Part shown: in pieces, positions 1 through 8,091 of the stretch
Position numbering within the stretch: position 1 is the first letter of the stretch
How the letters are laid out: each line of letters starts with the position of its first letter
Source: an uncultured Muribaculum sp.
GTDB lineage: Bacteria > Bacteroidota > Bacteroidia > Bacteroidales > Muribaculaceae
Length of the DNA stretch: 64,000 nt
Direction: 5' to 3'
NCBI GenBank assembly: GCA_910589555.1
Contig: CAJUTE010000006.1
Coordinates: 32,406 to 96,405, forward strand
The notes under the pieces: generated by a model
The model's database searches: none
What the model was told of the DNA's origin: nothing
What the model saw: the letters and a program-made list of their open reading frames with translations, nothing else
Position numbers and translations under genes: made by a program

Positions 1-715
1 AGACCGCCACCGCCACACCTCACACCTGTGGGGACTATATCCGGGACGACAGATCACCTACCGCACTCCGGTGCTGATGGAAGCCGCCAAAAAGACCCTT
101 AACGGCAGGGGCGACCACTCTACCGGATGGTCAATGGGATGGAAAGTGTGCTTCTGGGCACGACTTCTCGACGGAAACCACGCCTACAAGCTGATTACCG
201 AGCAGATTGTGCCTACCACCGAGGAAAAGGGTCAGAACGGAGGCACATATCCCAACCTGTTTGACGCTCATCCGCCGTTCCAGATTGACGGAAACTTCGG
301 GTGTACCGCCGGAATCGCCGAGATGCTTGTACAGAGCCATGCCGGCACAGTGCATCTGCTTCCAGCATTGCCTGATGTGTGGACGAAAGGCGAGGTCAAA
401 GGACTACGCTGCCGTGGAGGATTTGTGCTTGACGACATGACTTGGGACAACGGAAAAATAAAGCAGGCTGTCATAACATCCACTACCGGAGGAACTCTCC
501 GCATAGCATCGGCAACTCCACTGAAATGCAACGTGGAGATGTCGCGAGTAGACAACGGAACAATAGTGGAAAATCAGCTGCTCACCCCGCAAGAGATCAG
601 AAAACCGCTCATATCACCTGAAGCACCCATAAATACGGAGGCTGCCAAATCGCCGGAATACATCTACGATATAGCAACCGTGCCGGGAGAATCCTACACT
701 TTTTCTGCGGAATAA
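1..715 (+). CDS. Glycoside hydrolase family 95-like (alpha-L-fucosidase type), C-terminal part; 5' end outside the window
   Basis: The frame is open from nt 2. The translation [74 protein letters not shown] matches conserved GH95 blocks as I remember them. A hairpin terminator follows. Confidence 0.8.
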   Translation, partial: DRHRHTSHLWGLYPGRQITYRTPVLMEAAKKTLNGRGDHSTGWSMGWKVCFWARLLDGNHAYKLITEQIVPTTEEKGQNGGTYPNLFDAHPPFQIDGNFGCTAGIAEMLVQSHAGTVHLLPALPDVWTKGEVKGLRCRGGFVLDDMTWDNGKIKQAVITSTTGGTLRIASATPLKCNVEMSRVDNGTIVENQLLTPQEIRKPLISPEAPINTEAAKSPEYIYDIATVPGESYTFSAE

Positions 716-747
716 CGGCTATCTTTTTATAGCTATAGATGACGATG

Positions 748-781
748 CAAGGCTCTAATTTTAGAGCCTTGTATCATTTTT
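748..781 (+). terminator. Intrinsic terminator after the GH95 gene
   Basis: 10-bp stem caaggctcta/tagagccttg (748-771) with a 4-nt loop, followed by a T-rich tail. Confidence 0.7.
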
Positions 782-924
782 ATAGTGTGTTTAATAAAAA
801 CGGGATCGTGGGATGGCGTGGTAAAAATGCGGTCTGCAGGACCGTAAAAGCTGAGCTCTTGCGGTCATACTGACCGCCTCCCTTACAACAAGAACAATAC
901 GGAATCAACTCACTGCCACGGTAC

Positions 925-960
925 AAAAAATGGCTGCGTCACATCACGTGACACAGCCAT
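925..960 (-). terminator. Intrinsic terminator after the M48 peptidase gene
   Basis: 12-bp stem with one mismatch (tggctgcgtcac / gtgacacagcca, 931-959). An A6 run at 925-930 gives a T-run on the minus strand. Confidence 0.65.
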
Positions 961-980
961 TCCAATTTTTATGATTAATA

Positions 981-1778
981 TTATTTGCTTTCTTTGCTCT
1001 CAGGACGAGTGAAACCGTCTTTCTGGCAACGCTCAGTCATGTGCTTGATGCGAGCGGCAGTTTCAGGGTGAGAAGAGAACATTTTGTTAATGTAGCTTGA
1101 GCTGCCTGAGCTTTCGCCTTCCATGTTCTGGAACTTTTCAAATGCCATCACCATACCCCACGGGTTCTTGCCGTTTGCCTTCAGGAAATCGTAGCCGCAA
1201 TCATCAGCTTCATTTTCCTGCTTCTGAGAATACTTGGCGTTGATGAGCGAAGAACCGAGGTCGCCGAGCTGAGAGTCGGTCAATGCAGCAGCCTTACCGC
1301 TTGTAGAAGCGACACCATCCTTAAGCGCATCGCTCAACAGCTGGGTTTTGAAAGCATTCTTTGAATGATGCTTCATGACATGACCGATCTCGTGGCCGAT
1401 GATGCCGAGAAGCTCATCATCGCTCATGATATCCATCAATGAAGAAAACACGCGCACACTTCCGTCGGGACACGCAAACGCGTTTACATCGATCACATCG
1501 TAAACCTTAAAGTTCAATGGAATACCATCGGCTTCAGTGATGCCTTCAGTGAGCTTGTTAAGACGGATGGTGTAGGGATCCTTCTCATCACACACCTTGT
1601 TGTGGGTGTCCATCCATTCCACTGATTCCTTTACATATTCAGCCATCTCTTTATCGGTCAAAGTCACTGCCTTGACTGCCTTGGTGGCACCCTTTACGGC
1701 TCTTCCGAGATTAAACTGCGCCGACGCAGAAACGGTCGACAACAACAAAATCGACAAAAAAATCTTAAATCCTTTCAT
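981..1778 (-). CDS. M48 family zinc metallopeptidase, secreted
   Basis: HEIGH zinc motif (GHEIGHVMKHH). Signal peptide MKGFKIFLSILLLSTVSASA. I chose the internal ATG at 1778 instead of the ORF-track start at 1859. Confidence 0.8.
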   Translation of the reverse strand: MKGFKIFLSILLLSTVSASAQFNLGRAVKGATKAVKAVTLTDKEMAEYVKESVEWMDTHNKVCDEKDPYTIRLNKLTEGITEADGIPLNFKVYDVIDVNAFACPDGSVRVFSSLMDIMSDDELLGIIGHEIGHVMKHHSKNAFKTQLLSDALKDGVASTSGKAAALTDSQLGDLGSSLINAKYSQKQENEADDCGYDFLKANGKNPWGMVMAFEKFQNMEGESSGSSSYINKMFSSHPETAARIKHMTERCQKDGFTRPESKESK

Positions 1779-1852
1779 AAAAATAACGATATTTGCATTA
1801 AGTTTTTCCGGGACAAAATTACAAAAAATATAGCTTTGATAAAATTTTAACC

Positions 1853-2374
1853 ATGGCAAAAATCATAATATCCCTTCTTGCAGCATTCCTGTGTTATGGC
1901 GCCATAATGGGCTTGTCATCGGCAACGCTTATAAGCCCTTGGTTTCCAGCGGGCACCGCCCTTCTGTTCTCGGCAATCACGGGATTTGCCTTCGCACATA
2001 AATGGGAGAAATTCACCAACACCGCCTCCTTCATACCCAACTATATATGCCACCTCATTGCGGTGACGGGAGTGCTGGGAGCCTCCTTTTATATAATCAA
2101 CTATGCTTTTGCCGACTCTTCGACCACCCACACCGTCAAAGCCGTGGTAGAACGACGCTATACCGAGACTCGCTATAAATCGAAACGCATCAGGCGGAAC
2201 GTCTACGGCAGAGGGGAGCCATATAAAGTGTATTACATGGAATTGAGGTTTGAGAACGGCATGAAAAAATCACGCCTCATAGACATCAAGAAATTCAACC
2301 GCCTGAGAAAAGGCGATACCGTGAATGTCGACATCGCCCGCGGCGCCCTCTACGTTCCCGTGATAAAAAAATAG
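1853..2374 (+). CDS. Hypothetical membrane protein (about 3 TM helices plus a basic C-terminal domain)
   Basis: Hydrophobic N-terminal half, no recognisable motif, terminator downstream. Confidence 0.55.
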   Translation: MAKIIISLLAAFLCYGAIMGLSSATLISPWFPAGTALLFSAITGFAFAHKWEKFTNTASFIPNYICHLIAVTGVLGASFYIINYAFADSSTTHTVKAVVERRYTETRYKSKRIRRNVYGRGEPYKVYYMELRFENGMKKSRLIDIKKFNRLRKGDTVNVDIARGALYVPVIKK

Positions 2375-2422
2375 CCCTTGAGCAAGAGCTCCCGGGCAAC
2401 ACACCTGTCCACGTAAGGACAC

Positions 2423-2458
2423 AAAAAAAGCTGATCACTTGAGTGGTCAGCTTATTTC
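2423..2458. terminator. Bidirectional hairpin between convergent genes
   Basis: Stem agctgatcac/gtggtcagct (one G-U pair) flanked by A7 upstream and a T-rich stretch downstream. Confidence 0.6.
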
Positions 2459-2476
2459 ATGCTGTGTAATTTCTAA

Positions 2477-2677
2477 TTACTGAGCAACAGCAGCTGAGTC
2501 AGCAACAACAGCAGCAGAGTCAGCAACAGCAGCAGCTGAATCAGCTACAACTTCAACAGCCTCTTCTACAACTTCAACTTCTTCTGCAGGAGCAGCAGCT
2601 TCAGTATTTTCAGCATTCTTGCAAGAGAACATAGAAACGCTGAATACAACAGCAAGTAATAAAACTAACTTTTTCAT
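2477..2677 (-). CDS. Small lipoprotein with an acidic/Ala-rich tandem-repeat tail
   Basis: Signal peptide plus lipobox (SMFSCKN). C-terminal repeats AAAVADSAAVVADSAAVAQ are encoded by about 18-21-nt DNA repeats. Confidence 0.6.
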   Translation of the reverse strand: MKKLVLLLAVVFSVSMFSCKNAENTEAAAPAEEVEVVEEAVEVVADSAAAVADSAAVVADSAAVAQ

Positions 2678-2819
2678 TTCTTTGTAAATTAATAATAAAA
2701 CAATTTTTTAGCTTCAAAAACGATGCAAAGTTAATACAAAATTAGAATACTACAACTTTTTTTTGTGATTATTTTCGTCTTATTAATGAACATACACCAA
2801 AAAAGAGCCGTTTTACCCA

Positions 2820-4523
2820 TTATTTAACATTTGCAGCCGCTATTTTATTCGCCATAGCCACCGCTTTGGTGATATGGTCGCAGATGTGATCCCGTCCAAT
2901 GAGTTCGTCAATCTTCGATTTTTCGAGAATCTGTCTAACCGAAGGATTGACTCCCGAAAGAACCACATGAATACCGTCGGCTTGCGAAGACTTGATAAGC
3001 ATCTCAAGATTGTGCACGCCTGTAGCATCGATAAACGGCACTCGACGCATACGGATAATACGCACCACGGCAGTCTTTCCTCCGATTGTGGTGCGCATGA
3101 GTTCGTCAAATTTAGTAGCGACACCGAAGAAGAACGGACCGTCAATCTCATACACGCTCACACCGTCGGCTACATTGAGCACCTCATGCTGGGTGAGATC
3201 AGTGCCTTCAGCCACATCAAGCTGCTCGGAATAGACACGCACCTGGGTGTTTTCCATAACGCGGCGCAGGAAGAGGATGATGGCAAGCAGCAATCCTATC
3301 TCAATAGCGATGGTGAGGTCAAAGATCACGGTGAGCAAGAAAGTCACGATAAGCACCGACACATCGCTCTTAGGCGACTTGAAAATGCCCACCACCGTGC
3401 GCCAGCCACTCATATTATATGACACCATAATAAGTACTGCGGCGAGGCAGCTCATGGGCACGAGATTGATAAGCGGCATCAGGAACAGGAATATCAACAG
3501 CAGCACTACAGTGTGGATAATACCGGCTACCGGGGTGCGTCCGCCATTGGTGATATTGGTCATTGTGCGGGCGATGGCACCGGTGACAGGAATACCGCCG
3601 AAGAAGGGCACCACCACATTGGCTATACCCTGACCGATAAGCTCGGTGTTGCTGTTGGTGCGCGAACCGGTGACACCATCGGCAACCGTAGCCGACAGCA
3701 ACGACTCAATGGCGCAAAGGATGGCGATGGTGAATGCCGACGGCATCAACTGGTTGATGGTGTTCATCGACAGTTCGAAGCCTTGCGGCTGAGGGATATC
3801 GGTCGGGAGCGAACCGAAGCGGTCGCCGATAGTCTCAATTTCAAGTCCCGGGAACAGGCTTTCGGCAAAATAGACGCCGATAGTCGCGATAATGATGGCG
3901 ATAAGCGAACCGGGAAGCTTCTTGGAGATTTTCGGAGTCAATATTATAATAAGGAGTGACACCACGCCCACCACGAGAGTGGCAAGATGAGTGTTGCCGA
4001 AGTTTTGGATGAACACGCCCCACTTCGACAGGAACTCACTCGGCACATCGGTCAAGCCAAGTCCGAAAAAGTCATTGATCTGAGTGGAAAAAATCGTTAG
4101 GGCGATACCGCTCGTGAATCCTACCACTATAGGATAAGGGATGAACTTGATGACAGTTCCAAGGTGGAACAGACCAAGCATTATCAAAATCAATCCAGCC
4201 ATGAGAGTGGCGATGGCAAGCCCCTCAAGACCGAAATTCTGGATAATACTGTAGACAATCACGATAAAAGCTCCGGTGGGACCACCTATCTGCACTGAGT
4301 TTCCGCCAAATGCAGAAACGAGAAATCCGCCGATGATGGCAGTGATAAGACCGATGGTAGGGCTCACACCTGACGCAATACCGAATGCGATAGCAAGAGG
4401 AAGAGCAACAATACCTACAACAACTCCGGCAACAAGATCATCCTTAAACCGGCTCATAGAATAATGACGTAAAGCCGAAAAAAACTTTGGCTTAAAGTCA
4501 ATTGCACCTGATAATTTCATCAC
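2820..4523 (-). CDS. SulP family anion (sulfate/bicarbonate) permease with a C-terminal STAS domain
   Basis: Multi-TM SulP-like N-terminus (FKPKFFSALRHYS..DLVAGVVVGIVALPLAIAFGIASG) and a STAS-like C-terminus (VYEIDGPFFFG..IRMRRVPFIDATG). Confidence 0.85.
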   Translation of the reverse strand: MMKLSGAIDFKPKFFSALRHYSMSRFKDDLVAGVVVGIVALPLAIAFGIASGVSPTIGLITAIIGGFLVSAFGGNSVQIGGPTGAFIVIVYSIIQNFGLEGLAIATLMAGLILIMLGLFHLGTVIKFIPYPIVVGFTSGIALTIFSTQINDFFGLGLTDVPSEFLSKWGVFIQNFGNTHLATLVVGVVSLLIIILTPKISKKLPGSLIAIIIATIGVYFAESLFPGLEIETIGDRFGSLPTDIPQPQGFELSMNTINQLMPSAFTIAILCAIESLLSATVADGVTGSRTNSNTELIGQGIANVVVPFFGGIPVTGAIARTMTNITNGGRTPVAGIIHTVVLLLIFLFLMPLINLVPMSCLAAVLIMVSYNMSGWRTVVGIFKSPKSDVSVLIVTFLLTVIFDLTIAIEIGLLLAIILFLRRVMENTQVRVYSEQLDVAEGTDLTQHEVLNVADGVSVYEIDGPFFFGVATKFDELMRTTIGGKTAVVRIIRMRRVPFIDATGVHNLEMLIKSSQADGIHVVLSGVNPSVRQILEKSKIDELIGRDHICDHITKAVAMANKIAAANVK

Positions 4524-4773
4524 AATGATGATTTAAACTATTTATAATTCGAAAAACAAGGCGCAAAATTAACAATTTTTTTCGATTTATGAAAATTACT
4601 AATTCCATGCCACCACTCTCTGTAATATAATACACTAATAATAAATGCATTAAATATAATGTCGTGCAATTTTTCAATAATAATTTTTTGTTGCTATTTA
4701 CCTTTTATGTTAATTTGGCATATAGGCATACAGCAACACGACAACCAACAATATCATCAAATAAAATCGCATC

Positions 4774-5172
4774 ATGACAATATCAATCGCAGACAGCATC
4801 AATTGTGTCGGACTCCCCATTATCGTAACGACAAGTTACCCTTATCTGAATTTTCTCATTGACACCGGAGCAAACTTAAATTCTATCTTCGACTTTGTAT
4901 ATGAAGGATTGCCTGATTTTTTCACTCCATTGGAATCAAAGCAATCCCAATATGGAATAGAAGGAAATGAGATGTCCTACAGCATGGCAAAAGCAACGAT
5001 TGAGTTCAACGACACAAAAGCGGAAACAGCATTTTCGGTAATGAACGCCGATAGAGTGGTTCGCCGACTTCAAGAAGACAATGGTTTTCAACTTCATGGT
5101 ATATTAGGCACACAATTCCTGAAAGACAACAAGTGGATTATTGATTTTGGAAAACTCGAAATCATAACTTAA
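4774..5172 (+). CDS. Stand-alone retropepsin-like (clan AA) aspartic protease, 132 aa
   Basis: Active-site block FLIDTGANLNSI and the C-terminal GILGTQFLKDNKWIIDF block typical of retropepsin-fold domains. No signal peptide. AT-rich coding sequence. Confidence 0.7.
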   Translation: MTISIADSINCVGLPIIVTTSYPYLNFLIDTGANLNSIFDFVYEGLPDFFTPLESKQSQYGIEGNEMSYSMAKATIEFNDTKAETAFSVMNADRVVRRLQEDNGFQLHGILGTQFLKDNKWIIDFGKLEIIT

Positions 5173-5185
5173 TTTTGTCGTCACT

Positions 5186-6613
5186 ATGTCACACTCGTTC
5201 GAAAAAACTTTAGCCGAAATCATACAAATGTATGACTGCACGGATGTAAAAGAGCAACAAACATGCTATGGATTCCGTATTCTGAATAATATACTGCACA
5301 TATCCGCCTACAATCATGTAATAAAAACATTTCTTTGCAAAAGGTTAGAGGAAAAGCCGCCGATTGACACACTGCTCATCGGAAAATCTCTCACATACAA
5401 TAATTGGATAGGCGAAAACAATAATTGGATAGGTGATATTAAATCAATTTTACATCTACCTTATTGTCATCAAGTCATAAAAAATCTGATATTTGAAGAT
5501 TCCAAAAGATATTATTCTGAGCATGGATTATTGATTGACAAGGGAACCATGTCAATTCTATGTTATGCGCCGGGGAGAATCGACGAAAGCATCATTATTC
5601 CGGAGGGGATAATCACCTTAGACTATGGATGTTTCAATTATAATCGATATGCGAAATACATCACGCTGCCCTCATCCATACGTAATATACAAGGTTTAGA
5701 AGCTCTTCCGGAATTGAGACACATCACAATCAAGGGGGATACAGGAAAATACATCACTAAAGATGGAATAATTTTTCTTAATGATGGCAGTCAACTTCCT
5801 TATTTCGTTCCTCGTGCCAACACAAACGCCATAACATCTTACGAATCAGGAGATTTGTTTAAAAGAATATTGTGGGCTGTTAGAGAAAAGGTCATCAAAG
5901 ATAGATGGACCGGAATCAAGTGTAACAATATATTATCCGACTACGGCAGTTATTATGGAGAACCTAATCATTCAGTAGAAATCATCTATCAAGGTGGTTT
6001 CTATCAGCAAACATGGTACATTTCGATGAATCGACGAGCGAGAATCATTATAGGCTATTCATTCTTAGGATTTTGGAAAGATAGCGTTGGCAAATGTATT
6101 GAGCAGAGTATATCATATGAGTCAGAACACACTGATAAACAACATATTTACGAGCCATTAAGCGATTGTAACCCCTGTTGCAAATACCGTAATAATTGCG
6201 AGGCTATATACAGGTCAAACTATGTGTATGCACGTAATCTTCATAGAAGACTTAAAGGGTTTGGCGATTTTAAGATAGACGATTACGGGGAGGTCGAATT
6301 TGATATGCCCACAACAGCTTCATTTGAATATATAAAGCATATTTTATTGAGATTTCTTGACATAGCATTTGAGCTGAGGACGAAACACTTGATATTGGAA
6401 CAACCACTGCAGCCATCTCTTTTTTATAATCCTGACGCCCTCATATCTGATGAAGAATGTTTTGAACCTTTTCCTTTTAATTACTATTACCCGATAGATT
6501 CAGAGTCAAAGGGCTTCAAATCAGAAATAGAAAATCTGATTTACAATGATCCCGATTTCTATCATGAAGAGCCTGATGATAGCGACACAGAGGATAGGGA
6601 GCCTCCTTTTTGA
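5186..6613 (+). CDS. Orphan 475-aa cytoplasmic protein with a short BspA-type LRR-like segment, a Cys cluster and an acidic tail
   Basis: Starts 13 nt after the protease stop. IIIPEGIITLDYGCFNYNRYAKYITLPSSIRNI resembles LRR_5 repeats. Other features: CNPCCKYRNNC cluster, tail EEPDDSDTEDREPPF, no signal peptide. Confidence 0.6.
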   Translation: MSHSFEKTLAEIIQMYDCTDVKEQQTCYGFRILNNILHISAYNHVIKTFLCKRLEEKPPIDTLLIGKSLTYNNWIGENNNWIGDIKSILHLPYCHQVIKNLIFEDSKRYYSEHGLLIDKGTMSILCYAPGRIDESIIIPEGIITLDYGCFNYNRYAKYITLPSSIRNIQGLEALPELRHITIKGDTGKYITKDGIIFLNDGSQLPYFVPRANTNAITSYESGDLFKRILWAVREKVIKDRWTGIKCNNILSDYGSYYGEPNHSVEIIYQGGFYQQTWYISMNRRARIIIGYSFLGFWKDSVGKCIEQSISYESEHTDKQHIYEPLSDCNPCCKYRNNCEAIYRSNYVYARNLHRRLKGFGDFKIDDYGEVEFDMPTTASFEYIKHILLRFLDIAFELRTKHLILEQPLQPSLFYNPDALISDEECFEPFPFNYYYPIDSESKGFKSEIENLIYNDPDFYHEEPDDSDTEDREPPF

Positions 6614-6726
6614 AAAAAATCGGGGTGAGGTAAACTTTTTACAGGGGAGAGTGTTTTAGAAGTAAGAGAAGGCATTTTTCTGGCGTTATTAAAAAGCCAA
6701 CTCCGTAAAAAATGCTATACCTTCTC

Positions 6727-6768
6727 AGCCCCCTTCCTCCACCGGAAGGTGGGCTCTTTTTTTTGCCC
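6727..6768 (+). terminator. Strong intrinsic terminator closing the AT-rich two-gene island
   Basis: agccccc-ttcc / ggaagg-t-gggct stem (about 11 bp, one bulge) followed by cTTTTTTTT. It lies about 113 nt after the stop at 6613. Confidence 0.75.
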
Positions 6769-6840
6769 TGCCGTAACTTCTTTCTTGCGCAATAGCCGGG
6801 GATTGACTAATTTTATCTTTAAAATCAACTTTATACCGTT

Positions 6841-8091
6841 ATGTTCAACAATACCCACAATGAAATACCGGTGCTCCTGCTCACCGGCTACCTCGGGAGC
6901 GGTAAAACCACCCTCCTCAACCGCATCTTGACCAACGAACGCGGCATACGCTTCGCGGTAATAGTCAACGACATAGGCGAAGTGAACATCGACGCATCGC
7001 TCATCCAGAAAGGCGGCGTGGTGGGAAATGACGATTCCGGCGACCTAGTGGCTCTCCAGAACGGATGCATCTGCTGCACGCTGAAAATGGATCTCGTGAA
7101 CCAACTGACCGAAATCGCCGCCACAGGAAAATTTGACTACATCGTGATCGAAGCAAGCGGAATATGCGAGCCGGAGCCTATCGCACAGACCATCTGCTCC
7201 ATCCCGGCGATGGCACCCAAATTCTCGCGTGGCACAATGTCTAAACTCGATTGCATAGCCACGGTGGTCGACGCACTGAGGATGAAGAGCGAATTTGGAT
7301 GCGGAGAGGATCTGCAATCAACGAAAATCGACGAGGAAGATATCGAAAATCTCATCATCCAGCAGATAGAGTTCTGCAACGTAATCATCCTTAACAAGAT
7401 ATCGGAGGTGACACCCACCGAAGCTGGGCGAATCAAGGCGGTGATACGCGCATTGCAGCCTAAAGCGAAGATAATAGAGTGTGACTATGCCGATTTCAAC
7501 TTCGAGGAGATACTCGGCACGGGAATGTTTGATTTCGAGGATGTAGCCACTTCAGCCACATGGATACGCGAGCTTGAAGGACACCATGACCACGACGAGG
7601 AAGAGGAGGAGCATCACCACCATGACCATGAGCATCACCATCATGACCATGAGCACTGCGACGACGAGCATTGCACTTGCCACCACCATCATCATCACCA
7701 CGGCGAGGGCGAAGCTGAGGAGTATGGCATACAGACGATGGTCTACTGCCGCCGACAAGGTTTTGACCTCAACAAATTTGACCGTTTCATCGCTACAGGA
7801 TGGTATGCCAACATAATCCGCGCCAAGGGAATACTCTATTTCTCAAGCAACCGCGATATGTGCTACCTATTCGAGCAAGCGGGTGTTCAGAAAAAGCTCA
7901 CCGAAGTGGGATTATGGTATGCCGCCGCGCCTGCCGACGAGTTGCAGCAGATGATGGAACGCGACGCTACACTGCGCCGTGACTGGGACGAACAGTATGG
8001 CGACCGCATGATAAAACTCGTGTTCATAGGGCAAAACCTCGACCGCGACGCCATAACGGCTTCGCTCGACGCCTGTCTCGCAAAATACTAA
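6841..8091 (+). CDS. COG0523/CobW-family G3E GTPase (putative zinc metallochaperone) with a His-rich insert
   Basis: Walker A GYLGSGKTTLLN, CxCC motif GCICCTLK, and insert HHDHDEEEEEHHHHDHEHHHHDHEHCDDEHCTCHHHHHHHGEGE. Confidence 0.85.
   Translation: MFNNTHNEIPVLLLTGYLGSGKTTLLNRILTNERGIRFAVIVNDIGEVNIDASLIQKGGVVGNDDSGDLVALQNGCICCTLKMDLVNQLTEIAATGKFDYIVIEASGICEPEPIAQTICSIPAMAPKFSRGTMSKLDCIATVVDALRMKSEFGCGEDLQSTKIDEEDIENLIIQQIEFCNVIILNKISEVTPTEAGRIKAVIRALQPKAKIIECDYADFNFEEILGTGMFDFEDVATSATWIRELEGHHDHDEEEEEHHHHDHEHHHHDHEHCDDEHCTCHHHHHHHGEGEAEEYGIQTMVYCRRQGFDLNKFDRFIATGWYANIIRAKGILYFSSNRDMCYLFEQAGVQKKLTEVGLWYAAAPADELQQMMERDATLRRDWDEQYGDRMIKLVFIGQNLDRDAITASLDACLAKY

Noticed and set aside
716-980. 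Possible tRNA or small RNA in the 265-nt gap (hairpins cggtc/gaccg and gcggtca/tgaccgc)
   Set aside because: There is no T-loop (GTTCGAATC-like) or cloverleaf arrangement. The stems are short, and both ends of the gap are already explained by two terminators. This is insufficient for a call.
4659-4862. 67-aa ORF upstream of, and overlapping, the retropepsin gene
   Set aside because: It lies in an AT-rich promoter-like region, has a His/Gln/Asn-rich low-complexity translation, and overlaps the better-supported protease ORF.
6614-6726. Riboswitch or sRNA in the 113-nt stretch between the orphan gene stop and its terminator
   Set aside because: I recognise no conserved riboswitch core. The simplest reading is a long 3' UTR of the island operon.
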